A stretch of 64,000 bases of DNA from positions 6,510,001-6,574,000 of the forward strand of contig OZ024763.1 of the NCBI GenBank assembly GCA_964016885.1, written 5' to 3'. How positions within the stretch are numbered: the stretch's first letter is position 1; each line of letters starts with the position of its first letter. The DNA is from Eledone cirrhosa (Eukaryota). The position numbers and the translations under genes were made by a program. The notes under the pieces were generated by a model. It saw nothing but the letters and a program-made list of their open reading frames with translations. It had not been told where the DNA came from and did not search any database. This document shows, piece by piece, positions 46,204-61,760 of this stretch.

Positions 46204-48076
46204 TTCGGAACTCACAATAGTCCATTATAATCAAGGGAGCTCAAGGAAGATAAACCGAGCCCTTTATAAATCATAGCAATGAGAGAAGGCACATAATAAA
46301 TTATGTCAGATAATAAGGAGATAAAGTACCACCCTGGTAAAGAACATAAACTACGGATGGAGGGGTAAATACAAATTAATAAAATAAAATAATATATATA
46401 TATATATGTAGGAGGTGAGTTTTATTGTAGTACAATAAAGCAATGCAGATATCGGATAAGAAGCACTCTACAGTTTGTAGGACTGGAGTATACATAATAT
46501 ATAAGAGCGTATATATATACGAGCGCATTGTCGCCTGTTATATTTTTGCTGTTTGTTTTTGTTACAATTACACCCGTCTCTTGTTGGACGTGAAATTTAT
46601 GGGTTTATTTCGTGGATTTTGTGTGATTTGAATGATTTTTATTTGATCTTTAAAACCTTTGGTAATATTCGTTTTGTTGTTGTTGTTGTTGTTTGTAGTT
46701 AACGGTGTTTTAAGTGTAGAAATGGTATCTTGCAAGCTTTCGTAAGTTTGGCGGGGGAAATTACACCCGTTTCGTTGTTGAATAGGATAAAGATCTCATA
46801 ATTCCTTGTAGAGTCATAGAGACACCGTCATACGGCATGTCTAGGGCACTTTTAAACCTGGCGGGGTCCAACCCTCTCCATGTTTGAACACAGCCGATTT
46901 TTTCTATAGAGGAAGAATCGACTCCAGTACTGGTCTGGTACTTCATTGGTGAGGTGGAGGTTAAGTGTTTATTGTGCTTTCTGATGTGTTTTGAACGAAG
47001 AAATGGTCTTTAAAAGTGCCGCACACATACACATAAATATACTGAGACACACACACATACATATACTGACAGACACACAAATATACGGACAGACACACAC
47101 AATATACGGACATACCCACACAAACATATACTGACAGATACACATGCACAAATATACCAGACAGACACACATATATACCCCATACACACACACACAACAC
47201 ATATATATACCAAACAGACACACACATATACCACACACACATGTATATACCACACCAACACACACATGTATATACCAAACAGACACACACATATGTATAT
47301 ACCACACCAACACACACACATATATACCAAACAGACACACACATATACCACACACATGTATATACCACACCAACACACACATATACCACACACACATGTA
47401 TATACCACACCAACACACACACTCATAACACACACGTACAACACAGCCCCACAAACACAACACACAAAACACAGCCCCCCATACACAACACATCTCCCCC
47501 CACAACCTCCTACAGCCCCCCCATACGCAACACAGCTCCCCCCCATACACAACGCATCTCCCCCGACAACCTCCTACAGCCCCCCCATACGCAACACAGC
47601 TCCCCCCCATACACAACACATCTCCCCCACAACCTACCACAGCCCCCCACCCCATATCCAACACAGCCCCCCCATACACAACACATCTCCCCCCATACAC
47701 AACACACCTCCCCCCACAACCTCCCACAGCCCCCCATACGCAACACAGCTCCCCCACAACCTACCACAGCCCCCCCCCCATATCCAACACAGCCCCCACC
47801 ATCGTCCACAGTCTCATTACTGACCTAACAAGCAGTGTTTAATTGTTTAATATACATACAAATTACTCGGAGAACTTTCTCCTTCTGTATAAAAAGCCAA
47901 ACAAATAGGCCTGCGCCTCGTTAGCTTCCCTCATTAATATATAATAAAAGGGTCGTTTAAGTGTAACCATCCGCCAGCAATATTGTCGACAACCATTTAA
48001 ATTTCTTTCAGTTTAATTAATTCAGACAGGAAAACTGCTGTTGGTCATTATGGCTTGTACTCTGATGGGGCAAATA

Positions 48077-48129
<53 letters not shown>

Positions 48130-48474
48130 ATATATATGTGTGTGTGTGTATATATATGTGTGTGTGTGTATATATATGTGTGTGTATATATATGTGTGTG
48201 TATATATATGTGTGTATATATATATCTGTGTATATATATATATCTATGTATATATATTTATGTGTATATATATATATATGTATGTATATATATATATGTA
48301 TATATGTCTATGTATATATATATCTATGTATATATTTATTTATGTATATATATATATATATATGTATGTATATATATATGTATGTGTATGTATATGTATG
48401 TATATATATATGTATGTATATATATATGTATGTATATATACATATATATATATATATGTATGTATATATATTTA

Positions 48475-49215
48475 CTAGCAGAATGGCCCGGCGTTGCTCG
48501 GGATTCTAAACATAGATTGGCATGTTTATCCCTCCTTTCTGAAACAGTACAGAGAAGTACGGAATACCTCGGCCTGGGGATGGTGTCTACATTTTGTGCT
48601 TATAAAAAAAATTTGTCGTAGATTACCAGGGGTTTAACTTAATTGGGTGCCTGAGAGTATAATGTTCAACCCACGAAAGCCAAGACGATAGGGTTAAGTA
48701 AAAAGGCATTTGACAAACTGAAAATGTATTTGTTGTGCTATGGTACAATGAAAGTTACAGAGCAGTAAGCATGTGGGACTGCAGTGGTGGAGAGCAAGAA
48801 GGAATTTAGTTGGATACTTTTAAGGTTACAAAAATCTACCCAATCTGATATAGACCGAACTGTTATATCAGATGCCGAATGCTTCGGAGTTACTATTGGG
48901 GTCAGCATCAAAAATTTCAAGGGATGTATGTTTAAGTAGGGATAATATAGTCTATAAAGAGTGGTACCTCTTTCAAAATACTAAAGAGTTGTAGACAAAA
49001 TTGCCGAACTGACAAAAAGGGCTTAAAGTTTAAGTGAAAAAAACGCCTTTAACAACAGAAAATTGAAAAATAAAAGCTGCAGTTAATATCTTTAGACCGC
49101 AAGGAATATATAAATGCAAGTTTGAAGTCAATCGGAGTAGAAATGTGGATTTGTATAGACTTTCCAAAATTAGGGGACACACACACACACACAGACAATT
49201 TCAGTTTCATTTATA
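48475..49215 (-). mobile_element. non-autonomous Helitron
   Basis: minus-strand 3' end cccgagcaacgccggg hairpin, short spacer, CTAG then T; far end reads tataaatgaaactgaaattgtctgtgtg. Confidence 0.7.
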
Positions 49216-49259
49216 CACATGTATAAATATATATGTATATATATATATATATATGTATA

Positions 49260-49313
<54 letters not shown>

Positions 49314-50039
49314 TATAAATATAAATTAGCAAGAATCGTTTTCAGCTCAGGAATTAACGAAAATCAACGTCCGATATATATATATATATATATATAAATG
49401 TATATATATAAATGTATATATGTGTATATATATATTTATATATCATCATTATCATTGATTAATGTCTATCTTCCACGCTAGTATGGGTTAGACGGGTTTG
49501 TCCCATTTAGAGGCAAGTTGGGTCGGGTGACTCTGTCTCACTCATATAGGAGTATTTCTCGCTAGTTTTCTACGGCTGGATGCCCTTCCTAACACCAACC
49601 ACATTGGCAGTGCATGCTGGGTGCTTTTTGCTGTGTCTTTTACACATCCACTGTACAGTGTGGGCTGGTTGTTTTGTGGTACTAGCATAATATACACACA
49701 CATATATATATATATACACATGCATGTATCATGTTTCTACTTTAGGCACAAGGCCAGCAATTACCCAGTGCATTACTGGTACTTTATTTTATCGACCCCG
49801 TAAGGATGAAAGGCAAAGTCAACTCAGATCGTAAAGGGACGTAACTATGCTGGAAAGCATGGCGTCCGACCCTCTACTGATACTGCCAATCCAATAATAA
49901 TGATATACACACATATATATATTTGCATGCATATACATATACCATACATATGTAATATACATATACACATATCATACATATACATACACACTTCATATAT
50001 ATATATATATACATATATACACATATATATATATATATA

Positions 50040-51533
50040 TATATCATCATCCTTGTTGATTAATTTCCATCATTCATGGATAGGATGGATTGACCCTTAG
50101 GGAAAAAACAGGTCAGAGGACCATGTTTAGCTCACCTGGGGTAGATCTTGGCTGTGTTTATACATCTGGTTGCTCTTCCTACTCTCAACCACATTTACAG
50201 TGTACCCTGGCTGCTTATTGTCATGTCAATATTACAGTGTGGACTGGGCGCTTTTTGTTGTGACACCTACACGATTACTTTACAGTGTGGGCTGGGTTCT
50301 TTTTGTCATGACACCTACGTGACCACTTTACAGTGTGGGCTGGGTTCTTTTTGTCATGACACCTACGTGACCACTTTACAGTGTGGGCTGGGTTCTTTTT
50401 GTCATGACACCTACGTGACCACTTTACAGTGTGGGCTGGGCGCGTTTTGACATGTCGCCATCACGACCACTTTACAGTGTGGGGTGGAGGCTCCCCTGGA
50501 TCTATACTTCCGCTTGTCCTCATGGGAGTGGGTGGGGTGGGGGTGATGCATATTATATATATGCTTCAGCTTCGGGTTGTACCTTGTATGAACTTGGGTC
50601 TTCTGTATCACTGCGTAACGCCAGAGGTCTCAGTCCTGTGTCATCACCTTTGAGAGGTGCAATTGGGCACGGTCATCTTTTATCACCTTGTCCCAAGTCT
50701 TCCTGGGTCTCCCCACTCCGCAGCTCCCATTGACTTTGAGCGCTTTGCACCTTTTTATACAGCTGCCATCCTTCATACACATCACATGTCGATACTAGCA
50801 CAATCTCCTCTCTTGCACACAGCATCTGATTCCTCTTATGACTAATTTCTCTCTCAGTATGTTTATGCTTTACCATTCATGTATATTACTATTACACATT
50901 CATTGGAGCATGCAAGCTTCATTCCTTTCCAATGTACACAAGTCTTCTGCACCTAGCACCCAAGTCTCATTACCATGCAACTTACTGTTCGTATGCAAGC
51001 ATCATACAGTCTGCCTTTCATTTTGAGGCAAAAGCCTTTTGTAGCTACAGTGGTAGTAGCTCCCTGAACTTCTTCCATGCTGTTCTTACTCTGGCTACTG
51101 TACTTTCAGAACTCGCACCTCTTGCTGCTAATTTGGTCACCCAGGTAGCAGAAGCTGTCTACTGTTTCTACCAAACCTTCCCAGAATTTGGTAGTGCTTG
51201 TTTCCTGTGGCCTTTTGCTGCTTACTGTCCCGGTGCAGCTGCTACATGTGAAGCCGTCATTTTTAGCTAAACTTCCTGAGATTCCACTACATCCGTTGTG
51301 TACCCATAGTTTGAATTTCTACCTACACCTATCCTTCATACTGAGCAAGACCATTTCCCTGAGGGGATCAGGGTTCTGTTTTCTCTTCTACTTACTAGAA
51401 CCTTAGTTTTTGTCAGGTTGACTTTAAGACCCTTTTTATCTAGGCCCTGCTTCCATGTTTGGAATTTCTTCTCTAGTTCCACCATAGATTCCGCTGTGAG
51501 TGTGAGATCATCTGTCTACAGGAATTCCCACGG
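50040..51533 (-). mobile_element. degenerate RTE-clade LINE (RT C-terminus to 3' UTR)
   Basis: minus-strand PWEFL*TDDLTL..GLKVNLTKTK..CYLGDQI.. with stops and frameshifts, followed by a 3' UTR with 49-bp-type repeats. Confidence 0.85.
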
Positions 51534-51805
51534 GATATATTTATAGTGTAGTGTCATGATAAAACGCACCTAATGCACATTGTAAAGAGGTTTGGAGCTT
51601 GAGATTATTGGTATAAGGAAGGTCATCCAACGATAGAAAACCAACACCCACCCCCAAAAAGTGATTGTATGAGTAAGCAAGGTATGGTCTCTTGACCTAT
51701 CTATGCTCAGTACATAAGTCGACAACCTTGCTAACCAATGTTAGCATGGAATCTGTGGTGATGATGATGATGTTGATGACGACATGCATACACACACACA
51801 CACAC

Positions 51806-51836
<31 letters not shown>

Positions 51837-52469
51837 TATACACACATACACACACATACACATACACCCATATATACACACACACACAAATACATACACA
51901 CATACACAGGCATACACACATATATATATATACACACACACACACATATATATATATACACATATACACACACATACACACACCCATACACCCATATATA
52001 TACACACACACACAAATACATACACACATACACAGGCATACACACATATACACGCATACATATATACACACACACACACATACATATAGACACACAGACA
52101 CCTCATGCACGTGCACATGCACACACATACACTCACACATATATACACACACATATATACACACAGCTATTATATAGACACTTGAAAAGCAAGTCAAGTT
52201 ATACAGAATATTAAGCCAGTACATAATACAACTCCTCACCACAACACATAACACTGGGCTGGCTTTACAATAAATAATGGTGCTGGTTGTTGTGTTATTG
52301 TTGTGGTGGTGGTGGTGGTGTGTAGTGGTGGTGGTGGTGGTGTGTAGTGGTGGTGGTGGTGGTGGTGGTGGTGGTGGAGGTATTTGAGGAAAACCTCTGA
52401 CAGAAAGAGATAAACCATTTATATGTGCGTATATATGTATATATATATATATATATATATGTAAATATA

Positions 52470-52529
<60 letters not shown>

Positions 52530-52599
52530 TATATATATATATATGTGTGTGTATATATATATATGTGTGTATATATATATATGTGTGTATATATATATA

Positions 52600-52632
<33 letters not shown>

Positions 52633-52768
52633 TAATATATATATATATATATACACATATATATATACACATATACATATATTTATATACACACACACAC
52701 ATATATATACACACACACATATATATATACATACACACATATATATATACATACACATATATATATAC

Positions 52769-52831
<63 letters not shown>

Positions 52832-53412
52832 TGTGTGTATATATATATATATACACATATATATATATATGTGCATATATATATATATACACATATATAT
52901 GTGTGTATATATACACACACACATATATCTGTATATATATATATATATATATGTGTATATATATATGTATATTTATATGTATGTATATGGAGTGTGGTAC
53001 AATGTACGTATAGTTACCAAGCCTTAAACCACTTAAGGTTTACCATCATAAGAGACACTTGACTTCAACTTAAGAGATTTCCATGGCATGTCCAAGGAAA
53101 CTACCTTTCCATTGATGACATCACACCTACTGGTCTGTCTATAACTCTTTATGAGTGTCTGTGTGTCCACTCACGTGTAGGCATTCACATCTACACAGTC
53201 ATATATATGGATATTTTGTTCTTAATTTCTCAAAATTACCCCCCTCCCCCTTTTTCTTGATAGTTGCTAACAATTGCTGTTAGCCTTTTTTTTTTTTTTT
53301 TTCCTAAACGTTCTTTGGTAAATCAGAATAAAATTACACATGCACACACACACACATACAGACACACACACTGCCCGTCTCCTCAATCTTTCTATTTCTT
53401 TTTTAACTTCTC

Positions 53413-53457
53413 AGTCTATTTTCTGATGAAGGACTAACAACCCGAAACGTTAAGACT
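53413..53457 (+). ncRNA. minimal type-I hammerhead ribozyme motif (family B, best copy)
   Basis: AGTCT-atttt-CTGATGA-agg(actaacaa)ccc-GAAACGTTA-AGACT; palindromic AACGTT in place of stem III. Confidence 0.68.
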
Positions 53458-53564
53458 CCTTTCCTACTATATCAAGTGTGAAACTAATATATTTCTTCAT
53501 TGTACTCTGTCATTTGCTTTGTTATTTCTGTTTGTCTTTTGCATATATATATATATATATATAT

Positions 53565-53941
53565 GTAAAAGTTCTATTTAAATTGTTGGGATACAACAAG
53601 CAAATATGTTTATAACTGACATAAAGCACTCAACAAATATTTGGAGTAAAAATACGATATTAATAAATGGAAACTATATTTATAAACCCATATTTATTTC
53701 ATTATACATATTTCAAGGACACCAAGTTAAATTATGGTGTGCTTTCATCAGATAAAATATAATATAGATCAGTTTTATAAATAAATATTGACATACCCTT
53801 AAAGAATGCAACCATTACTGTTGGAAGCTCCCAGATACTATCTGATGAAAGCACACCATAATTTAACTTGGTGTCCTTGAAATATGTATAATGAAATAAA
53901 TATGGGTTTATAAATATAGTTTCCATTTGTTAATATCGTAT
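53565..53941 (-). mobile_element. TA-tract hairpin+tail insert, family A, with hammerhead-like core
   Basis: arms 53652-53754/53839-53941, 84-nt spacer, tail 53565-53651; CTGATGA 53842-53848, GAAA 53879-53882. Confidence 0.85.
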
Positions 53942-53977
53942 ATATATATATATATATATGTATATGTATATATATAT

Positions 53978-54120
53978 GGTGTTAGAAGGTAGGGTGACAC
54001 AAACAAGAGATGGACAGTCTCCCTTCATCAGACTGTCCATCTCTTGTTTGTGTCACCTTACCTTCTAACACTCATTATCACTAAACCACATAGCCTCTCT
54101 TCTTCCTCTCAATCCATAAT
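53978..54120. mobile_element. TA-tract hairpin+tail insert
   Basis: 42-bp arms 53979-54020/54030-54071, 9-nt loop, one mismatch; tail to 54120. Confidence 0.78.
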
Positions 54121-54122
54121 TT

Positions 54123-54291
<169 letters not shown>

Positions 54292-54645
54292 GGAGGCACA
54301 TGGCTTAGTGGTTAGAGCATCGAAAGGTTGTGAGTTCAATTCTCAGACCGGATGATGTGTTGTTTCCTTGAGCAAGACACTTTATTTCACATTGCTCCAG
54401 TTTACTCAGCTGTAGAAATGAGATGATAGGGACTGGGGTCCATATCATTCCACTGTAAAGTGGATGTGTAGGTGCCACGGCAAAAAAAGCACCCATCACT
54501 CACTGTAAATGAGGTTGGTGTTAGGAAGGGCATCCAGCTGTAGAAATCAAGCCAGAATCAGTTCCCGTCCCACCCTTGCAAGCAGGGAAAAGCAGACGTA
54601 AAATGAAATGAAATGAAATGAATGATATATATATATATATATACA

Positions 54646-54688
<43 letters not shown>

Positions 54689-54794
54689 GTATATATGTCA
54701 GAATGGATGCAGTGAAACCCTGTTAGACCATCACTCACCAGAAATAGCTGTTGAAACGGCAGGAACTCAGCTGTCGTGGTCCCAAACCCTTCAC

Positions 54795-54851
<57 letters not shown>

Positions 54852-55069
54852 CAAAATTTGTTTTCGCTCTAACATACCTAAATGTATCCATGAGTGAATA
54901 ATAATAATAATAATAATAATGATAATATAATAATAATATTATTAATATTTGGTTTGTTTGCAAGGAAACAACCTCATTACACCATGTGTGTTTTCTAGAT
55001 AACCATGTCGTCCTTTTGTGTCAGTGGTAGCAGAGCCCCACACATAGCTTAGACACACACACATACACA

Positions 55070-55116
<47 letters not shown>

Positions 55117-55194
55117 GAATAGGATAGGCATATAACGGTGATGGTGATGATGATATATGTATATACAGACAAATATATATAATCGTCATCATCA

Positions 55195-55695
55195 TCATTT
55201 CATGTCCACTTTTCCTTGCTTGCAAGGGTGAGATGGGTCCTACTCAGCCCAGCATCTCTACATTCGTCACGGTCCTTTGTCATCTCCTGAGCTTCAGCAA
55301 TCTCACCACCTCTGCCCATGATTTTCGTGGTCTTCCTTCCACTGGGATTTCTTGGCACTTCTTTACCCAGCGGTCATCCTCCATGCACATCACATGTCCA
55401 TACCATCACAGTCTTCTCTTCTGCACACTACAGTTTATCTATCTTATACACAGTTTCACTCTCAACTCATCCATGCTTGGTCATTCACGCACCTTGACAT
55501 TGCACTTCCATCGGAGCATGCTTGCTTCATTTCTCTCCAGCCGTTGCATATCCTCCACAGTTGCTGCCCATGTCTCACTACCATGCAACATCGCGCATCT
55601 CACACAGGCTTCATATGACTGTTCGTAGAGAGAAACCCTTCGTTGTCAACAGAAGAAACCCTTCGTTGTCAACAGAAGAAGCAGCTCCCTAAGTA
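55195..55695 (-). mobile_element. RTE-clade LINE 3' fragment
   Basis: reverse-complement homolog of 13430-13940. Confidence 0.85.
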
Positions 55696-56061
55696 TAGTG
55701 GCTTATTCTTCTCTAAGAACCTCTCTTATATTATGTTGGTGCCATAAAACATCCAGTCCACACTGTAAAGTGGTCGTGTAGGAGACACAACAAAAAGCAC
55801 CCAGCAGACACTGGGAAGGGGATCCAGGTGTAGAAAACCAGCCAGAAAGAGTCCTATATGAGCAAGACATAGTCACCCAACCCAACTTGCCTCTAATGGG
55901 ACAAACCCGTCTAACCCATGCTAATGTGGAAAATAGACATTAAACGATGATGATGATGATGATTTATATATATAAGTAAACACAATATATACACACATAT
56001 ATATATATATATTGCAAGCAGGGAAAAGCAGATGTAAAATGATGATGATGATATATATATA

Positions 56062-56140
<79 letters not shown>

Positions 56141-56485
56141 TACACACACACACACACACACATATATATACATATATATACACATGCATATACACACAGG
56201 AGGAGGAGAAGAAAAAAGAAACTGTTATATTTCTTGTAAGTGTTGTTGTCTCCACTTGAACATTTTATTAGGTCAATATATTTATTTTCCAATTGAAAAT
56301 AGCACAAAGACACATACATACATACATACATATATATAGATATATATATACACATATAGATATATATACACACATATAGATATATATATATACACTCACA
56401 CACACACATATATACACATACATAGATATATACATACATACACATATATAGATATACATTCACATACATAGGTAAATACACATAC

Positions 56486-56539
<54 letters not shown>

Positions 56540-56676
56540 TATATATATATACACATATAGATATATATACACACATATAGATATATATATACACTCACAC
56601 ACACACATATATACACATACATAGATATATACATACATACACATATATAGATATACATTCACATAAATACGTAAAT

Positions 56677-56722
<46 letters not shown>

Positions 56723-56763
56723 CATACACATATATAGATATACATTCACATAAATAGGTAAAT

Positions 56764-56826
<63 letters not shown>

Positions 56827-56943
56827 GATATATATACACACATATAGATATATATATACACTCACACACACACATATATACACATACATAGATATATACA
56901 TACATACACATATATAGATATACATTCACATAAATAGGTAAAT

Positions 56944-56998
<55 letters not shown>

Positions 56999-57117
56999 GA
57001 TATATATACACACATATAGATATATATATACACTCACACACACACACATATACACATACATAGATATATATACATACATACACATATATAGATATACATT
57101 CACATAAATAGGTAAAT

Positions 57118-57192
<75 letters not shown>

Positions 57193-57311
57193 GATATATA
57201 TACACACATATAGATATATATATATACACTCACACACACACACATATACACATACATAGATATATACATACATACACATATATAGATATACATTCACATA
57301 CATAGGTAAAT

Positions 57312-57358
<47 letters not shown>

Positions 57359-57768
57359 GATATATATACACACATATAGATATATATATACACTCACACA
57401 CACACATATATACACATACATAGATATATACATACATACACATATATAGATATACATTCACATAAATAGGTAAATACACATACATATATATGTATTTATA
57501 TATATACATATATACATATACTTACATACATACATACACACATCACATGCACTGAGACTCATCTATACTCCAAGAACAACAACAACAGTCAACAAGAAAG
57601 ATAAGGGGCCAACAGACAAAATATGGAACAGTGTTGAGAAAGCTCTTATTAGTACAGGAAACTAGAATGTTCTAGTTAAACCCAGTATTGTTTAGTGGGG
57701 GGGGGGGTTAATTGATTCCACTCTACACTGTATGTGTATATATACATATATATATATATGCGTGTGTA

Positions 57769-57799
<31 letters not shown>

Positions 57800-58067
57800 G
57801 AATATATATATATATATATATGCAAGTGCATGTGTATATGTGTATATATATAATATATATATATATATATATTATATATACACATATACACATGCACATG
57901 CATATATATATATATTCATATATATATATACACACATATACACATACACACGCATATATATATATTCATATATATATATACACATATACACATGCATATA
58001 TATATATATATTCATATATATATATACACACATATACACATGCACCTGCATATATACATATATATTC

Positions 58068-58100
<33 letters not shown>

Positions 58101-58133
58101 TATACACATACACACGCATATATATATATATTC

Positions 58134-58166
<33 letters not shown>

Positions 58167-59189
58167 TACACATGCATATATATATATATTCATATATATA
58201 TACACATATACACATACACACGCATATATATATATATGTATATAATAATTAGGGAACAAAGAATCAGTGTTACATCATAGACATATTTAATCAGATATTA
58301 CATATGTTTCACTGCTTGAGGAACGTGCGTCTACATGTGAAAGCACATATCTGAGGACCTTTCGATTCCAGAGTCAGGAACAAACATAATCAATTGTTCC
58401 TCGAGCTGATCGACAGTGAAACATATGTAATCATCATCATCATTTCATTTTACTTCCGCTTTTCCCTGTTTACAAGGGTGGGACGGGAACTGATTCTGGC
58501 TTGGTTTCTACAGCTGGATGCCCTTCCTAACACCAACCTCATTTACAGTGTGGGCTGGGTGCTTTTTTGCCGTGGCACCTCCACGAACACTTTACAGCTG
58601 AGTAAACTGGAGCAATGTGAAATAAAGTGTCTTGCTCAAGGGCACACCACATCACCCAGTCCAAGAAACCAACTCACAACCTTTCGATTGCAAGCCCAAT
58701 GTTCTAACCACTAAGCCATGTGCCATCACATAAATATATACTCATATCTAATTTGTAGACATATATATGTGCCAGAAAATAGAAATTCCCTGTAATTTGA
58801 AATATATATATGTACATATGTAAGTGTGTGTGTGAGAATATAAGTGCATGTGATGTTAATATTGTTTTAGTGTCAGTAAAGGGCAATCTATCAGGGTTTT
58901 TTGACTTTGTGTGTATGTGTACACACATTTTTTTTCTGTGTATTTTAATGTTGGTAAAAAAAAGCATGTGTGAATGAAACAAACAAAAGACTCAGGTTTG
59001 ATTAATTCAAAAGATATTTTATAAATTGAATGAGAATATATGACAAAAGAATGGTGTAAATAATTACATATAGATGAGTAGGTCTCCCCCCCCCCCCCGC
59101 TCACAAACTGATGTGAGGCTCAGCTGGGAACCTTGTCATCATGAGTTCAAATTTCACCTGTGTTTCTTTCAGTTTACATTTGGGTTTAA

Positions 59190-59410
59190 CCCTTTAGTGT
59201 TCAAACCGACCAAAAATCGGCCAGAATTCTCTACCTCTTTCTGTTGAAACTGGCTGTAACTGGCCACTCATACTGATGTTATGGTATTGTTCTCAAAATA
59301 AATACTTTCAAAATCTGATAGACTCGATATTATGTGAGGTAATTATGCGAGGTAAAGCCTTTACCATGAAAATATAATAGTATATATAGAGTAATGTGAA
59401 TGCTAAAGGG
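59190..59410. mobile_element. piggyBac-like MITE
   Basis: ttaa|ccctttag...ctaaaggg|ttaa: TIR plus TTAA target duplication. Confidence 0.8.
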
Positions 59411-59834
59411 TTAAAAAGAGGCAGCAACCATGTTTGGTTACCTTTTAATACTGCTTATGAAAATGACAACAACAATAATAATAATAATAATAATAATGAT
59501 TTCATTTATTGGCCACAAGGTCCGACATGTAGGGGACAATACAAAGACAGGGACAGTGGGGGGTTTACAATAAGGTCGAGTAAAAGTGCACAATGGCAAG
59601 ACTAATTTAAGATGGTGAGGGTTGACTAGATTTAAAGTTCACAGCAGAATGTTCTGGTGTTTTTGTGACTATTATCTCTGTGTGTGTGTGAATATATATA
59701 TGTATGTATATATATGTGTGTGTGTGTGTGTGAATATATATATGTATGTATATATATATGTGTGTGTGTGTGTGTGAATATATATATGTATGTATATATA
59801 TGTGTGTGTGTGTGTGTGAATATATATATGTATG

Positions 59835-59866
<32 letters not shown>

Positions 59867-59991
59867 CATACAAAGTTTGATCAGTGGAGGGATTTACTCT
59901 GTTATGAGGTAGCAATCAACAATCATGTAGAGCAAAAATATCTGAGGTAATATCCAGTGATTGTACTTAGGCAACGTCACAGAGTGCATAT

Positions 59992-60041
<50 letters not shown>

Positions 60042-60044
<3 letters not shown>

Positions 60045-60233
60045 GGAACAAGTATGACCCCGACGGCAGAGCTCAAGCCGTTTCGATGGCTATTTCTGGC
60101 CAGAAATAGCCGTCGAAACGGCTTGAGCTCTGCCATCGGGGTCATACTTGTTCCTATTTCCCACTCTACTACCCTAAATATTGAGTACTTTGGTGCGTTA
60201 TGCTCCATCTGGTTCCTTACCACAATTCCTTCG
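60042..60233 (+). mobile_element. TA-tract loopless palindrome+tail insert
   Basis: 58-bp arms 60042-60099/60100-60157, two mismatches; tail to 60233; shares ccagaaatagcygtygaaacggc with about 54737-54760. Confidence 0.8.
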
Positions 60234-60240
60234 TTATATA

Positions 60241-60272
<32 letters not shown>

Positions 60273-60345
60273 CATATATATACATATATATATGTATATA
60301 TATATACATATATATACATATATATATATATATACATATATATAC

Positions 60346-60440
<95 letters not shown>

Positions 60441-60932
60441 TATGTATATATTCTCAGAGAATCATAGTTGGACATTGGTGTAAACCGAGATGTGTAAAAA
60501 TTAAAAAATGTACCAATGAAATTCCCGCTTGGTACAGTTCCATTTATTATTGGTCACCTGTGGTCACATGGTTCATTAGGTCACATATCACATGGTTTAG
60601 CTGATCATCCTGACATTAAAGAATGGTTGGTTGGTTGGCCGAAGGCCGGTATTGTTTTATAAATGCTGTGAATGCCCATATAAACATAGATGTGTATGGG
60701 TTTGCATTGTATATAAATACATAAGGTAAGGCAAGTAGAAATAGATCTCCATTGGTTCCGATAGTGAGGGTTCAAGTTATTCGACCAATCGAATGGCCTG
60801 TTTGTGAAATTAACAGGCAAGTGGCTGAGTATTCCACAGGTATGTGTATGTATATTATTGTTATTTGGCCATGCTGCATCCACAATATGCATACATACAT
60901 ATATTCTAACACACACATACACAAACAAACAC

Positions 60933-60984
<52 letters not shown>

Positions 60985-61035
60985 AGCACAGATTAAAAGT
61001 TTAAGCAAACAATCTCTGCTTTCACCCTATATACA

Positions 61036-61269
<234 letters not shown>

Positions 61270-61694
61270 GTTAAAAGAATAGAGGTGTAACACACAAGTT
61301 ATATATTGGTAAACGGAATAGAAAATGCTGACAAATTGTTCACAGTTGAAAAATGGTTTAATTAGGAATAAAAGAGTATTAGTGATTGTATGGGTTAGTA
61401 TTCAGTTGTGGTTTTAAGTTTTTAAGTTTTTACCGGTTGCGCATTTCTAAATGCTTTTCAAAAATAATTTTGAGATAGAGTGTCCGTGCTGTTTGCTCTG
61501 ATCTGCACGGACACTCTATCTCAAAATTATTTTTGAAAAGCATTTAGAAATGCGCAACCGGTAAAAACTTAAAAACTTAAAACCACAACTGAATACTAAC
61601 CCATACAATCACTAATACTCTTTTATTCCTAATTAAACCATTTTTCAACTGTGAACAATTTGTCAGCATTTTCTATTCCGTTTACCAATATATA
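61270..61694 (-). mobile_element. TA-tract hairpin+tail insert
   Basis: about 190-bp arms 61300-61489/61505-61694, no mismatch seen, 15-nt loop, tail 61270-61299. Confidence 0.85.
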
Positions 61695-61760
61695 TATATA
61701 TATATATACATGCTCACACACAAACACCCATATATATGTGCATATATATATATATATACG

